Origin: a virus
Direction: 5' to 3' (one strand)
Virus record (IMG/VR): IMGVR_UViG_3300037515_000251
Span: 7,926 to 71,925 of that record
DNA: 64,000 nt
Part shown: piece after piece, positions 28,569 to 38,848 of the stretch
Layout of the letters: the number at the start of each line of letters is the position of its first letter
Numbering within the stretch: the first letter of the stretch is position 1
Made by a program: the position numbers and the translations under genes
Notes under the pieces: model-generated
The model's database searches: none
Told to the model about the DNA's origin: nothing
What the model saw: the letters and a program-made list of their open reading frames with translations, nothing else

Positions 28569-29168
28569 TGAAATTTCAGATTCCGTTTGGGTCATCGCCA
28601 CATCCGGATAACCCCGATAACCCAGGAGCCGAAGATGCACCCAAGGGCGAACGCAAGCCACCAGCGAAGTCTATCGCAGCGCCGGTGCAACGCCTTGATT
28701 TCCTTCATCGCCGGGTAGAGGATATCCCACTTGTCGAGCCGAATACCGTCGCCCTGATCGGGCATGTTGGGCATTCCACGGGCCATCTCGTATCTGAACT
28801 GCTCACGTTCCTTGTCGGTCATCGTTTCACCTTCGGCCATTCCTTCTCGATCCAGGCGCCCATGTCGGGGTGCTGGCTGCACGACCAATCCCTATCGCAG
28901 CTTTCATTCAAATTCACGCGACTTGGTACCGGCACAAACTGGCAACTCCCGGTCTGAGGCGGCGTGTCTTCGCCCTCCGGCAACTCTACCCAGTGCGGGC
29001 ACGTCCCGCACGTTGGGCGCGGGGCAGGGGGATCGTGCCTGCACTCAATCTCTAGCGCTTCCTCCGCTGTGTACTGACGTAGGTAGTCCCAGTGCCAATA
29101 CAGGCCAGACGTGTGTTGCTTCCAGCCCTTCTCCCGTAGAATGTCTTCCGTTGTTCGCGCCGTCATCT

Positions 29169-29660
29169 TCATCGCTTCCCCCTGTCAAGGTTGCAGACGG
29201 CGCGGACCCGATCTGCCAACGTCTGAAGCATCAGGGCAAGCCTGATTATTTCGCAAGCGGGATCGACGGCGATTGCATTTGCCCCTTCCATCGCGTCCTC
29301 GCAGTGCTTCAGCAGCCGCGACTTCCGGTACTCCCATCCGTCCAGGTCGTAGGCTCTGGCAAGGCAGGCGGTGGAGCATACGCCCGCATTCTGGAGCGGT
29401 TCGAACCTGAGCGCCGATTGAGCGCAATCGACGAACGAAACCACGCCGGCCGCGGCCATCTCGACACAGCAATTCTCACAGAGCGCTTCTCCGCAGACCT
29501 TGCACACGAGCCAATTCTGAGCGACGGCGTTTTCCTCGAATAGTTCCGCCCGGCAGCCCTTGCAGGTCCAGAACGGGCGCTTCTCTTCCGCCGCCTCATG
29601 GGCACGGAGATCGGCGGCAACGCGGTCGGGAGTTTCGCTCATATCGTCCCCCTCTGCCAC
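29169..29660 (-). CDS. Cys-rich putative zinc-binding protein
   Basis: multiple CxxC pairs (CKGCRAELFEEN…CKVCGEALCENCC). Confidence 0.35.
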   Translation of the reverse strand: MAEGDDMSETPDRVAADLRAHEAAEEKRPFWTCKGCRAELFEENAVAQNWLVCKVCGEALCENCCVEMAAAGVVSFVDCAQSALRFEPLQNAGVCSTACLARAYDLDGWEYRKSRLLKHCEDAMEGANAIAVDPACEIIRLALMLQTLADRVRAVCNLDRGKR

Positions 29661-30037
29661 TTGGTCTGATTATTGTGGTTCCGCTCGTGGGTCAGAATGT
29701 GATTGACCCACTTCGGCTCCGTCTTGCCGCACATCCGGCAGCGGTACAGGCCGTCCGGGTCCAGCCGCCACATCGTGCGGTCGCTCTTGAGCATGGCGAT
29801 GTCCCGGTACTGCCCGGCGAACAGGCGCCGGTCGAACTCTTCCGGCTCCAAGCCGACCGCGTAGGCAAGGTCGGCCCGGAACCCCGGCGTGGCGTGCCGC
29901 TTCAGTTCGAGCACTTCGTAGATGCCCGGCTGGCCGTGTCCCGTGGCTTTTGCCAGGTCGTTCGAACCCCACGGCTCGCGGACCCTGGTAATCAGCCCTC
30001 CGTCTGGCCTGAATCGCACGATTTCAAGGTAGCACGC
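29639..30037 (-). CDS. hypothetical protein with C-terminal CxxC
   Basis: ORF 29639-30115, likely start MACYLEIV ~30037. Confidence 0.3.
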   Translation of the reverse strand, partial: ACYLEIVRFRPDGGLITRVREPWGSNDLAKATGHGQPGIYEVLELKRHATPGFRADLAYAVGLEPEEFDRRLFAGQYRDIAMLKSDRTMWRLDPDGLYRCRMCGKTEPKWVNHILTHERNHNNQTKWQRGTI

Positions 30038-30134
30038 CATAATCCGGCCTGTCAACACTAATGTTGCATTATTTTCGTTTGCTACACTGTGGACGATGCG
30101 AAGGTCGCTACCCAAGAGACGTTCGAAATGCGAG

Positions 30135-30797
30135 ATGCACCCGCAGGTGGAAGCCCTGTTTCAAGCTGTGACCGAGGGCGAGCCGATGAATTCGATCCTG
30201 CGCTGGCTCGATCCGCCGGTTTCCCGGCCGACGCTGACGAGATTCAGGGACGACGTATTGGGGAACCGGATCAAGACACAGGGGTTGGGGCGGGCGGAAC
30301 CGGCCAAGGCCGCGGAGATGGTGCCCGCGCGGCAACTGTCGATGAGCGCGCCGCGGAGCCGGGAAGCGATGGTTGGCCCGCCCGAACGCGCATTCGATGT
30401 GGAAGTCGAGCCGCAGCGGTTGGCGGCTGTGCGGCGCCGGGTCGAATTGGTCGAGCGTTTCTACGAGGACAGGGCGCTGACGGTCCATGAGGAGCAGCTC
30501 GGCGCGGTGCGGCAGTTGACCGGGATGGCGGCGGACCCGGCTTGCGATCCAGTCCAGCGCGTGAAGTTGCTCGAACAGGCCACGAAGCTGCTCAACGGTG
30601 GGGCGTTGGAGCGGTCGCTAGGGGAAGCGGCCAGCTATGCCAACGTGCAGCGCAGCCAGTCGAAGCAAGGCGGCGGGCGGTCGCTGATCGAGATGAATTA
30701 CATGGTGATGCCAGCCGCGCAGGTGCCGATCAACCACACGCTGCCGATGCCAAGACCAGCACCGGCCCTGATTGAGTCAGAGCCGGTGAAAAAGTAG
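30135..30797 (+). CDS. hypothetical protein (plus-strand moron inside minus-strand block)
   Basis: ORF 30096-30797, probable start MHPQ at 30135; AT-rich divergent spacer 30037-30135; palindromic motif at its 3' end. Confidence 0.4.
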   Translation: MHPQVEALFQAVTEGEPMNSILRWLDPPVSRPTLTRFRDDVLGNRIKTQGLGRAEPAKAAEMVPARQLSMSAPRSREAMVGPPERAFDVEVEPQRLAAVRRRVELVERFYEDRALTVHEEQLGAVRQLTGMAADPACDPVQRVKLLEQATKLLNGGALERSLGEAASYANVQRSQSKQGGGRSLIEMNYMVMPAAQVPINHTLPMPRPAPALIESEPVKK

Positions 30798-30802
30798 CGG
30801 CG

Positions 30803-30817
30803 GTGTCAGTTTGGCAC
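30803..30817. repeat. genome-wide palindrome copy
   Basis: between convergent genes 30797/30822. Confidence 0.9.
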
Positions 30818-30821
30818 GGAA

Positions 30822-31488
30822 TCACGGTTCGCCGGGTTCCCCTTGTACCGCGACCATCGCATTGAAGTCGAGCACAAACGAGCACGGCCCTGGACGGTAG
30901 GGCCGGTAATCGTCCTCGTGGCCGTGCTCTTCGCGCCATTCGCGGATCGGGATGCCCCTGGACTCGGCCCACTCGTCCCAGGCCATCGCCCATTCGTCCA
31001 TCGGCTCGTTGTACATCCCGGCGTCAAGCCCGCTGATTACGATTTGCGGAAGAGAGCCAACCGGGATGCGTGCAATGTCGTCGTAGCTGTCGTCTCGCAG
31101 GACGATTCCAAGTTCTTCGGGTGATGTCCAACACCCGTATGGCTTCACGTCGAAGCTGTATTCGCTCTTCGGAAAGCCCATCCGTTCCTGGTTATGCCAC
31201 AGCGCTTGGGCGATGGCGCACTGGCTGCAACTGCGGGCCTCGCCGTCGCTGATGTGCTTGCGCGTGACCCGGATGGCGAACAGGCAATGCGATTCGAGTG
31301 CCTTGATCCGCTTCGCGGCTGCTGCCCTGGCGGCGCGGGCGAGAACCGTATCGCGGTCTGGCCCCAACTCGATTCCGGCCACTCGCCCGCCGTGGCGCAT
31401 GATGATCTGGTACTGGGCGAAAGATCGGCCGTCACCGTAACGGATACGGCCGATCTCGGTTTCGAATGTGATTCTGTCTGGCTTCATG
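30822..31488 (-). CDS. hypothetical protein
   Basis: ORF 30822-31574, likely start MKPDRITF. Confidence 0.4.
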
Positions 31489-31752
31489 CTCCCACCGCCT
31501 CTCTTCGGAACGCAACCCGGCGGCTGGCCCGGATGCGCGGGATATTCGCTTCGACCACTTGCGCGTGGAGCCATGACCCGGCCACGCTGACTTGCCTGCG
31601 CTGAGTCGGCAGGCCCTTGGGGTAGACGTAGGCCACGCCATCCCAGATTTCCAGGATGACAGGCCGGTTTTTACCGCTGGCGAACACGGTTTCGGCGAGT
31701 TCGCGGCGGGTACGTGATTTCGTGATTGGCATTGGTTTCGCTCCTGTGTTCG

Positions 31753-31767
31753 GTGTCAGTTTGGCAC
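31753..31767. repeat. genome-wide palindrome copy
   Basis: between 31732 start and 31775 end. Confidence 0.9.
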
Positions 31768-31774
31768 TGCCATA

Positions 31775-32026
31775 TCAGTTGGCAGGCAGGTTTCGCCCGT
31801 AGTATTCGAGAATGCTGCGGGCGGCGGTGATGGAGAACTCAGGGACGCGCGAACCAAGCCGGACCATCTGTTCGGCCCGGTTCACGATGTCCTCCGGTTT
31901 CCCCTTGTCGGCGATGATGACATTCCGGCTGACCGGGTAGCCCTCGTCGTCGGTTTTGACGGGGCCGCGCACGATGTGCCCGGCCCTGGTTGGGTGAGTC
32001 GCTGAGTAGACGTAGATAAAGTCCAT
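31775..32026 (-). CDS. hypothetical protein
   Basis: 83-aa ORF; palindromic motif just upstream (31753). Confidence 0.35.
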   Translation of the reverse strand: MDFIYVYSATHPTRAGHIVRGPVKTDDEGYPVSRNVIIADKGKPEDIVNRAEQMVRLGSRVPEFSITAARSILEYYGRNLPAN

Positions 32027-32098
32027 GGGTGCTCCTGGGGAAATCCCCGCCTGTGGCCGGAGCGGTGGTCTGCCCCGGCCCTGGGCGCGAATGTCCGG

Positions 32099-33154
32099 TT
32101 AGGCGACTGCCTCAACCTCGATCGGCGCCGGTTCCGCAGGCCCGGCGGTTGCCTGCTTTGCTTTCCGCAGCTCGTCAAGTACCCAGTTCCGCTCAGCCTG
32201 AAGGTTGCGGTATTCCCTGAGTTCCCCGGCCCAGTCCCGATGACGGTCGCTGACACCCCAGCCGTACAACTGGCCGTGGTACTCATCGAGTTTCGGCGGT
32301 CGGCTCTGCCCGCCCGCGAATCGCCAGAGTTGGCGGACGTACCCGGCCAAGCTCAGATAGCGGTCGTTATTGGAGCGTGAGCGGCCCTGCTTCGCTTCGC
32401 CCATGGTCGTCACGCTGAACCCGGCGGCCCGCAGCATATTGTACAGTTTCGCTTCGGACTTCCCGCCCGTCGAAAGCCAGGCCCGCCAGATTCGGCCCAA
32501 CTGCCGGCGCGCCGGTTTCCCCTTGCGCCAAGCGGACCATGATTGCCGGTCGCTGTCGTCGAATGTCCCGCGTTCGCGCCGCGGCCAAAGCCGTTCGGGA
32601 AACTTCAGCGGGTCGTAAGTCCGCTCCCATTGCTTCTCGATGCGCTTTAGGTGAGCGGTCCAGGTCTTTTCGGCCGGGGTCATCTTGGCGATGACTTTCA
32701 CCTTGCGGCGGCTCTCGCCCCACTTGGCATTACCTACCAGCACGCCGCCCATGTTGCGCTCGAAATGGCGGCGATTGCCCCATCCGGCCTTGTGGACGTT
32801 GCCCCAGTTATAGCCCGCCGCGGCTTGAGTGAAGCGGTAGACCGCGTAACCCGGCCAGCGAACGCCTTGCCGGTAGCCCTTGACGACCAGCCTGGTAGCG
32901 GCTTCATTCTGTGGCATTGTGCCGCGCCAATTGCCCGGCGGCCCGTCGTCAGCGGCTTCGAACCCGATACTCGTGATGGTTAGCCCTTCCAGCGCGATTG
33001 ACGCGCGCCCGGAATCGACTACCCAGGGATGCTCCCCCGGCCTTGGGATACCCAGGACCGGCGGACAGCCGCGCCCGTTGCGCTTGAGCGCTTGGACGAA
33101 ACCGCGAAAGCCCGTTGGGGCTTCGCCTTGAATTGCGAGGGGATCATTCAGCAT
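32099..33154 (-). CDS. hypothetical protein
   Basis: 351-aa ORF, W/R-rich, no recognisable motif. Confidence 0.4.
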   Translation of the reverse strand: MLNDPLAIQGEAPTGFRGFVQALKRNGRGCPPVLGIPRPGEHPWVVDSGRASIALEGLTITSIGFEAADDGPPGNWRGTMPQNEAATRLVVKGYRQGVRWPGYAVYRFTQAAAGYNWGNVHKAGWGNRRHFERNMGGVLVGNAKWGESRRKVKVIAKMTPAEKTWTAHLKRIEKQWERTYDPLKFPERLWPRRERGTFDDSDRQSWSAWRKGKPARRQLGRIWRAWLSTGGKSEAKLYNMLRAAGFSVTTMGEAKQGRSRSNNDRYLSLAGYVRQLWRFAGGQSRPPKLDEYHGQLYGWGVSDRHRDWAGELREYRNLQAERNWVLDELRKAKQATAGPAEPAPIEVEAVA

Positions 33155-33737
33155 GGCCGGTCCCTCCGCTGTTCAGCGTGCCAAGCAGTTCAATCGCCCG
33201 GTTCAGTGACGATCCGGGGTTGCTGTCGTCCAACTCATCGCTGAGTGCAAGCAGACCCGCCACGATATCGCCGATGTTGGCTGGTAGCGGATCAGGCCCG
33301 CAGTTCAGCCGTTCGCAGAGAACGTCGATCTGCTTGGTTGAGGGGCAAAGCACACTCTCCCCGATGAAATGATCCCAAGCGGTAGACATCGCGCCAGGGC
33401 CGTAGCGCTCAACGTCGCGCTGAAGCATTCGCAGGCCGACCAGCACGGCCGCGAATTCCTGCTTGGTGAGGTTGAGCGGTCCGTGGGCGAGGTCTTCGGG
33501 GTCGGCTGGCTCGGCTTCGATGAAATACCGCATATCGCTCACGCGGGCGTAAGCGTGGGTGCCTTCGCAGATGGCGCGGTCAGGGCCTTCACTCGTAATG
33601 GGGAATTGCTTGCTCCATGCCGGGTAATTGAGCCGGAGCGCGTCTGCGGCGTTCTCGGCTGTCACGGTGTCGCGGGCGAGCTCGGTATGCTCGGCTCCGG
33701 GGCCTTCGGTGTACTCGATGACGTTGTAGGCTTTCAT
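33144..33737 (-). CDS. hypothetical protein
   Basis: 197-aa ORF overlapping next gene start. Confidence 0.4.
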   Translation of the reverse strand: MKAYNVIEYTEGPGAEHTELARDTVTAENAADALRLNYPAWSKQFPITSEGPDRAICEGTHAYARVSDMRYFIEAEPADPEDLAHGPLNLTKQEFAAVLVGLRMLQRDVERYGPGAMSTAWDHFIGESVLCPSTKQIDVLCERLNCGPDPLPANIGDIVAGLLALSDELDDSNPGSSLNRAIELLGTLNSGGTGHAE

Positions 33738-33834
33738 GGTCTGGTATCTCCCTTGCCGCGCTCAGCGTTACCCATCCTCACCACTTGGCGGTGGCGGCTT
33801 TGAGGACTGGCCCGGATTGTCCGGGCCGATTCAA

Positions 33835-34278
33835 CTACAACCACTCATGCCGGAAAGCGTATCCGCCGTCGGAATGCCAATGGGGATTGCTCTTGCTGTG
33901 CTGCACGCGGCTAAGGTCGCCGTTTGTGTGGTCGTTTGATTGGTAGTTTTCGCCAGAGCACCCAACACCTTTGGGATACAGCGTGCGGCCAAGATTGTAA
34001 ACGATTTTGAAGCCCATATCCATACCGCAATCGCCGATTTTGATCCCCTCGGGGCGGCCCGTGCTGAAGGTGAATCCGCAGGCTTTCGCAATCCAGTACG
34101 AGAGCCAGGACCGCTCAACCTTGCCGCGTTTCGCCCGGAAGTGGTAAACGTCAATCACGCGGCTCATGCCGGTACGTGAAACTTGCCGGAGCACGGTGTG
34201 GAGCGTGTCGCCAGGTTTCAGCGTCGCGCGAAGTTTCGAGATGTACTCGTCCCGTTCGGACTGCTGTTTTTTGTTCAT
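33835..34278 (-). CDS. hypothetical protein
   Basis: 147-aa ORF. Confidence 0.4.
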   Translation of the reverse strand: MNKKQQSERDEYISKLRATLKPGDTLHTVLRQVSRTGMSRVIDVYHFRAKRGKVERSWLSYWIAKACGFTFSTGRPEGIKIGDCGMDMGFKIVYNLGRTLYPKGVGCSGENYQSNDHTNGDLSRVQHSKSNPHWHSDGGYAFRHEWL

Positions 34279-34722
34279 GGTTCCCTCACTTGCCGGGTTG
34301 ACCGGCCTGCGTCCCCGTGGACCGCTTGCGCGGTGGCCGCCTACGCCTTCGCACGGCCTTATCTGGGGTTTCGGCCCAGCGTATCGCCCTGGGCCTGCCC
34401 GGCGCGCATCGCCGGGAGCGCTCCACCGCGAGATGGAGTGCGGGGGAGGTCACAGGATTTTTGTCGCCACGCCTTGCTCGTCTTGGTAATAGAGTGGCAG
34501 TCCCTCGATTTTGGCGAGCTTCCTGCCCGACGCTTCGGCATCTTTCCGGTGCTCGAAAATTGCGATAGTGTCGCTCGATTCATCGTCGCGGCTGACGATC
34601 CAAGCGGGTCCCGCGAAAGCATCACCAGGCATTGTGTCATCCGGCCATACCGTGATTCTTTTTTCTGTTTTCATCTCCATCTCCTGCCGGGGGCTGCCCG
34701 GCTAAAACAAGTACTCCGTCGT

Positions 34723-34737
34723 TTGTTCCGCCGTGTC
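34723..34737. repeat. genome-wide palindrome copy
   Basis: intergenic 34680-34751. Confidence 0.9.
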
Positions 34738-34750
34738 AAACTGACACGGG

Positions 34751-35026
34751 TTAAAAGTGGATGTCCTGCTTCGGATAGGTGAATCCGATTGCCTTGCGGA
34801 CCTTGGCGGCCTGCTTGTTCTGATGCTTCACGGCCGCCGCGTGTCCATCATCTCCGCAGCCGTCGCCGGAACGCCTCATCAGATAGGCGGCCATGCGGAC
34901 GGCCCGCACTGCGATTGCGTCAAGCTCTTGCGCCGTCTCGTCCAATTCAGACGCCTTGCGGCGTTTGCAATAGGCGTCAAGGTCGGCAAGCGCCTTTGTG
35001 TTCAGCAGGGTAAAAGCCTTTTTCAT
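34751..35026 (-). CDS. hypothetical protein
   Basis: 91-aa ORF, motif at 34723 immediately downstream. Confidence 0.35.
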   Translation of the reverse strand: MKKAFTLLNTKALADLDAYCKRRKASELDETAQELDAIAVRAVRMAAYLMRRSGDGCGDDGHAAAVKHQNKQAAKVRKAIGFTYPKQDIHF

Positions 35027-35854
35027 GCTGCAACCTCCATGTCCGCCGGTTCCCCGGTCAGTCCGTCGATGATCCGCGTCGCGGCCCGATAGATCGCGCT
35101 CAGCGAGTCGCTGAGGGCTTTCGGGTCGCCAGCCATGTGGATGTAATCGGCGCTATTCGCCCCGCACTCCACGCCGGCCGCCGCGCAAACCGCCGCAGCC
35201 ACAGCCTGAGCCTCAGTTTCCTTTAGCGCCGCGGTCATCTCCCGGCGCCGCTCCAGCGGGTGTAATAGCTCATGGCCGAGCTCATGCGCCAGCACGTCAA
35301 ACTCGTAAGCAGGCTCAAGGCCCGGTTTGATGGTGATGCGCCCGCCGGCGGACGTTCCGAGTGTGCCCGAGACGTGCTGATAAACGATCTCGATTCCCTG
35401 AGCCACGGTCCACGCCTTGAGCCGTTCCAGCAGTTCGCCGGGTTCCCCTTGGGGCTTGGCGATCTGGGGTAGTGGTTCGCCTTCGGTTTGGGTCACGTCG
35501 AACACGTAGACGCCGCGAAAGAACGTCACCCGCTCCGGTTCGCCTTGCTCGGGTTCGCCCGTTTCCCCGTCCGATTCGCCCTTGACCTTGCAGAGCATCG
35601 GGGCGAGAATGAGAATACCGTGCTCGCCCTTGCGGACGTGGCGGCCAAGCTGCAACCAGGTCCGAAAACCCGCCACGTTCGTAGCGCCCGGACATTGCAT
35701 GGCAATCATCATGCAATTGCGCCACGAGTAGCGCCTGAAACGGCGCATCGTTTCGAGATAGGCCGTGAGCCGTTCAGACTTGCCGGCCGCAAGGTCCGCG
35801 CTCAGCTCCCGGAGAGCTTGCGCGGCACGTTCTTTGGCATCGGCGGGGGTCATC
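35023..35854 (-). CDS. ArdC-like antirestriction protein (N-terminal ssDNA-binding domain + C-terminal HExxH zinc metallopeptidase)
   Basis: N-terminal ERLTAYLETMRRFRRYSWRN…AGFRTW pattern; C-terminal LAHELGHELLH; start taken at MTPADAKERAAQ. Confidence 0.55.
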
Positions 35855-36367
35855 GGGTCACCTTCCGGCTTCCGGTGACGGCGCACGAACCGAGGCGGTT
35901 CCCGTTGATATCGTGGATACTCCAATTGTCGGAAGGCGTCAGATGATTCAAACGATCTTCGTCCAGAGTTGCGAGTTGCGTTGCAACGTTGCGCAATACT
36001 CTGGCGATATCCTCGCCGGTTCGCATCGCATCGATTTCGATCTCAAGTGTGAATTTCATGGTCGGTATCTCCAGGGGAAACGTCCCCGCAAGGGGAACGG
36101 ACGGCGCCCGCCCGCTCCCTATGCGCGAAGGTCTCAGTTTTGGGCGCCAGCCAAAGCCACAACCGCCCGTGCCAATCGGCGAACCTCCGCCGCGCGATCG
36201 TCCACCACGGCAACCAGTGGCTTCAGGTCTGTTTCGCCCGCGTGCCAAGCATCGCGCCAACGCATGACGGCAGAGCACAACGCGGATTGTGCGCGATCAA
36301 GATCAAACCGCGAACAGGCTAACTCGAATTTTGTATCTGATTGATTCAGCATGGTTTACTCAGTTTC

Positions 36368-36382
36368 GTGTCAGTTTGACAC
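36368..36382. repeat. genome-wide palindrome copy
   Basis: edge of control region. Confidence 0.9.
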
Positions 36383-36879
36383 GGGGTTAAATCAGCTTGT
36401 CAGTGGAACGATGCGGCCTAACTCTCCGCTCCGTCCCTACCATTGCCAGCGAGAACGCCAGCACGATAACTGCGGTCAGCGGGTCATCCGTATTCAGGAT
36501 CGCCACCACCGCCGCCACGATTGAGAGGGGGATTAGGGTCGTCATCTGGAAACCTCGTCGCTGGTCCAGAGGTCTGTCCCAGCCTCGTAGAGCCGTACCC
36601 TGATTCGCTCCAGTAAATTCCATGCTCTGTGCTTGGCCCCACGTTGCAGGCGGTCCACGATGTAGAGCGCCTGAGCCGTAGCCGATTCACGATTGATGAA
36701 TTGTGGTTGAGCTTTCATGGCATCTCCTTTGGTTTCAACGGCTTTGGTAGCATAGAGCCTCGGCTCATCGGATCGTCTCGGCGAAACGGCCGGCCCAGCG
36801 TTCGTCCCGCCTGCCAGCCTCTTACCACCGATTGATCCGCCACCCATACCGCTACATCCCGGCGAGCCATTCGAACCGC

Positions 36880-37700
36880 TATGCTCGCCAGTCATAATGC
36901 AATACTAGCATTGCATTTCGGGGCTAGTCAAGCGGATTATGATAATTATTGGCGATTCGGCGAAGATTTTACAATTAGTACACTCGTGTTGACAGTAGAG
37001 TGTCAGAAAAATCTGACAGGTGTCAGAAAAATCTGACAGTTTGGGGATTACGACTGTAAGGATTTATGACAGTCGGAGGTCTTTCCCTTGGGGTGTGAGA
37101 CACTCGTTAGACACTTTATGGCGCAAAGTGTCTCATGTGAGACAGTCTATTGCTCGGCCCTCCGAATCAGCACTATCGGCGCCGCCGGCAGCAGTGATGG
37201 CAGGCCCGCCGCAGCGTCAGGACCGCACCAGGTCGAATCGCTGGCAGGGTTGATAATGTCGTATAACATGTATTGTGTAAACTTCTGAAATCGAAACTAA
37301 CTACTGTGCTGTCATACAGATACAGCGATATGCCGGAATTATGGAACACCCAGGAAAATAGGCAACCACAACATGTTGTGGTCAGTGCTACTGGTGGAGT
37401 GCTGCTGGTCGAGCGGTCGAGCGCGTGGCCGGAGCTGGTGGAAGTGGACGAGTCGCGGCCCGTGCGGTGGGTGTGGTGGCCAGGCTCGGTCGGTGGCGCG
37501 GCTGGCAGTGGTGGACCTCGTGCGCGACCCCCATGCCCCCTTTTCACAGGAATGGGTTCCCATCTGCCCGTGGTATCACGATTCTCCGTCCACATACATC
37601 CCGATTCCTGCGACCATGGTACACGAGTTGTATTTTCAACGACTTACGGGAGGCAAAAACATGGTGCGATTATGGTACGGGTTTATGCGATAATGGTAGA
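36880..37700. promoter_or_regulatory. low-GC divergent control region between minus-strand early block and plus-strand regulator block; contains TTGACA box and several operator-like palindromes
   Basis: AATGCAAT-N6-ATTGCATT (36886-36907); TTGACA (36999-37004); tandem TGTCAGA-AAAA-TCTGACA at 37011-37028 and 37031-37048; GTGAGACAC … GTGTCTCA … TGAGACAG inverted set (37095-37145); no convincing ORF across 36900-37690. Confidence 0.6.
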
Positions 37701-38113
37701 AGTATGGATGAATTTAGCCAAGAATCGTTGACGCCGTTCCAGGAGATCGCGATGTGGAGACATAAGGGGAAGGATGGGCGGCTAATGAGCCGGGAGAGGC
37801 GGTCGGCGGTGATGCGGGAGTTGGGGAAGCTGAGGCGGGGGCGTGGAGGGCGGGAGGCGACGGTGTTGCACGCGCCTGGGCCGAGAGGGGGGTGTCGGTG
37901 TGCGGAGTGCCGGCGGGGAGGTGGGTCGGCGGACAGGGGGAAGGGGAAAGAGCATGCCCCTGGGAGCGCCGGGCAGGCGCAGAAGCCGGTTTCGGTGGAG
38001 TTCGAGCGGGCGGCGGAGGGGGAATGGGAGTGAAGCCGCTGGCGCGGTACATCGCGAGGGCGTTTCGGCCGGGTTGACAGGGACGGGCCGGTTATGCAAC
38101 ACTGCTGTTGACA

Positions 38114-38784
38114 TGGCGGATGGTGCCAGACTGACACGGCGGGACGGGCGGATCGTGGAGATGCGGGCCGGGGGGATGACCTTGGCGGCGATTGGGCTTG
38201 AGTTTGGGGTAACGCGGCAGCGGGTGCGGCAGATAATCGAGAAGGCGTGCAGGGGCCGGCTGTGCGTGCGGTGCCGGCTGCCGGATGGGCGGCTGGACGG
38301 GGACGGGCTGTGCGGGAAGTGCGTGCGGCTGCTGGAGATCGTGGCGGACGATTCGCTGGCTTGCGAGGAAGCAGGCCAGAAGGCGGGTGTTTCTGGTGCG
38401 GTTGTTCAGCAGACTCGCCGGAAGTTCGGGATTCGGCATCAGTACCGGAAGCATTTCAGGGACGGTGTGCCGGAGGATGTATTCGATCCGCGGGCGAGCG
38501 CGTTGGCGCTGACACGCAAATACGGAGTTGGCAAGGGCGTTATTCAACACTTGCGAAAGAAGGCTGGGCTGGCTGGCCTACAGCGGAAGAAGCTGTTCCC
38601 ACAAAAAAGCTGGACGACTGACGAAGATCGTGTGCTTGTGGAGATGCGCCGGGCTGGCAAGACCTGGGCGGAGATTGGGGAGAGCCTGGGGCGGTCGCCT
38701 CAGGCGTGCCGGACAAGGCAGATCAACCAGCGGCGGAAGGGGATCGAAATGGGCGCGTGGCCGGAGGTCGCGGCGCCGTGCTGA
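38114..38784 (+). CDS. multi-HTH transcriptional regulator (sigma-r4-like HTH + SANT/Myb-like C-terminal repeat)
   Basis: LAAIGLEFGVTRQRVRQI HTH; C-terminal WTTDEDRVLVEMRRAGKTWAEIGESLGRSPQACRTRQ Myb-like; variant of the genome-wide palindrome (GTGCCAGACTGACAC) overlaps codons 4-8. Confidence 0.45.
38123..38137. repeat. variant palindrome copy (GTGCCAGACTGACAC)
   Basis: overlaps start of regulator gene 38114. Confidence 0.7.
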
Positions 38785-38848
38785 TCGAGGCGAACCCGGA
38801 GTACGTCAGGCTGATCCGCAAGCGCCTGGCGCAGGAGGTTTTGTTCGG

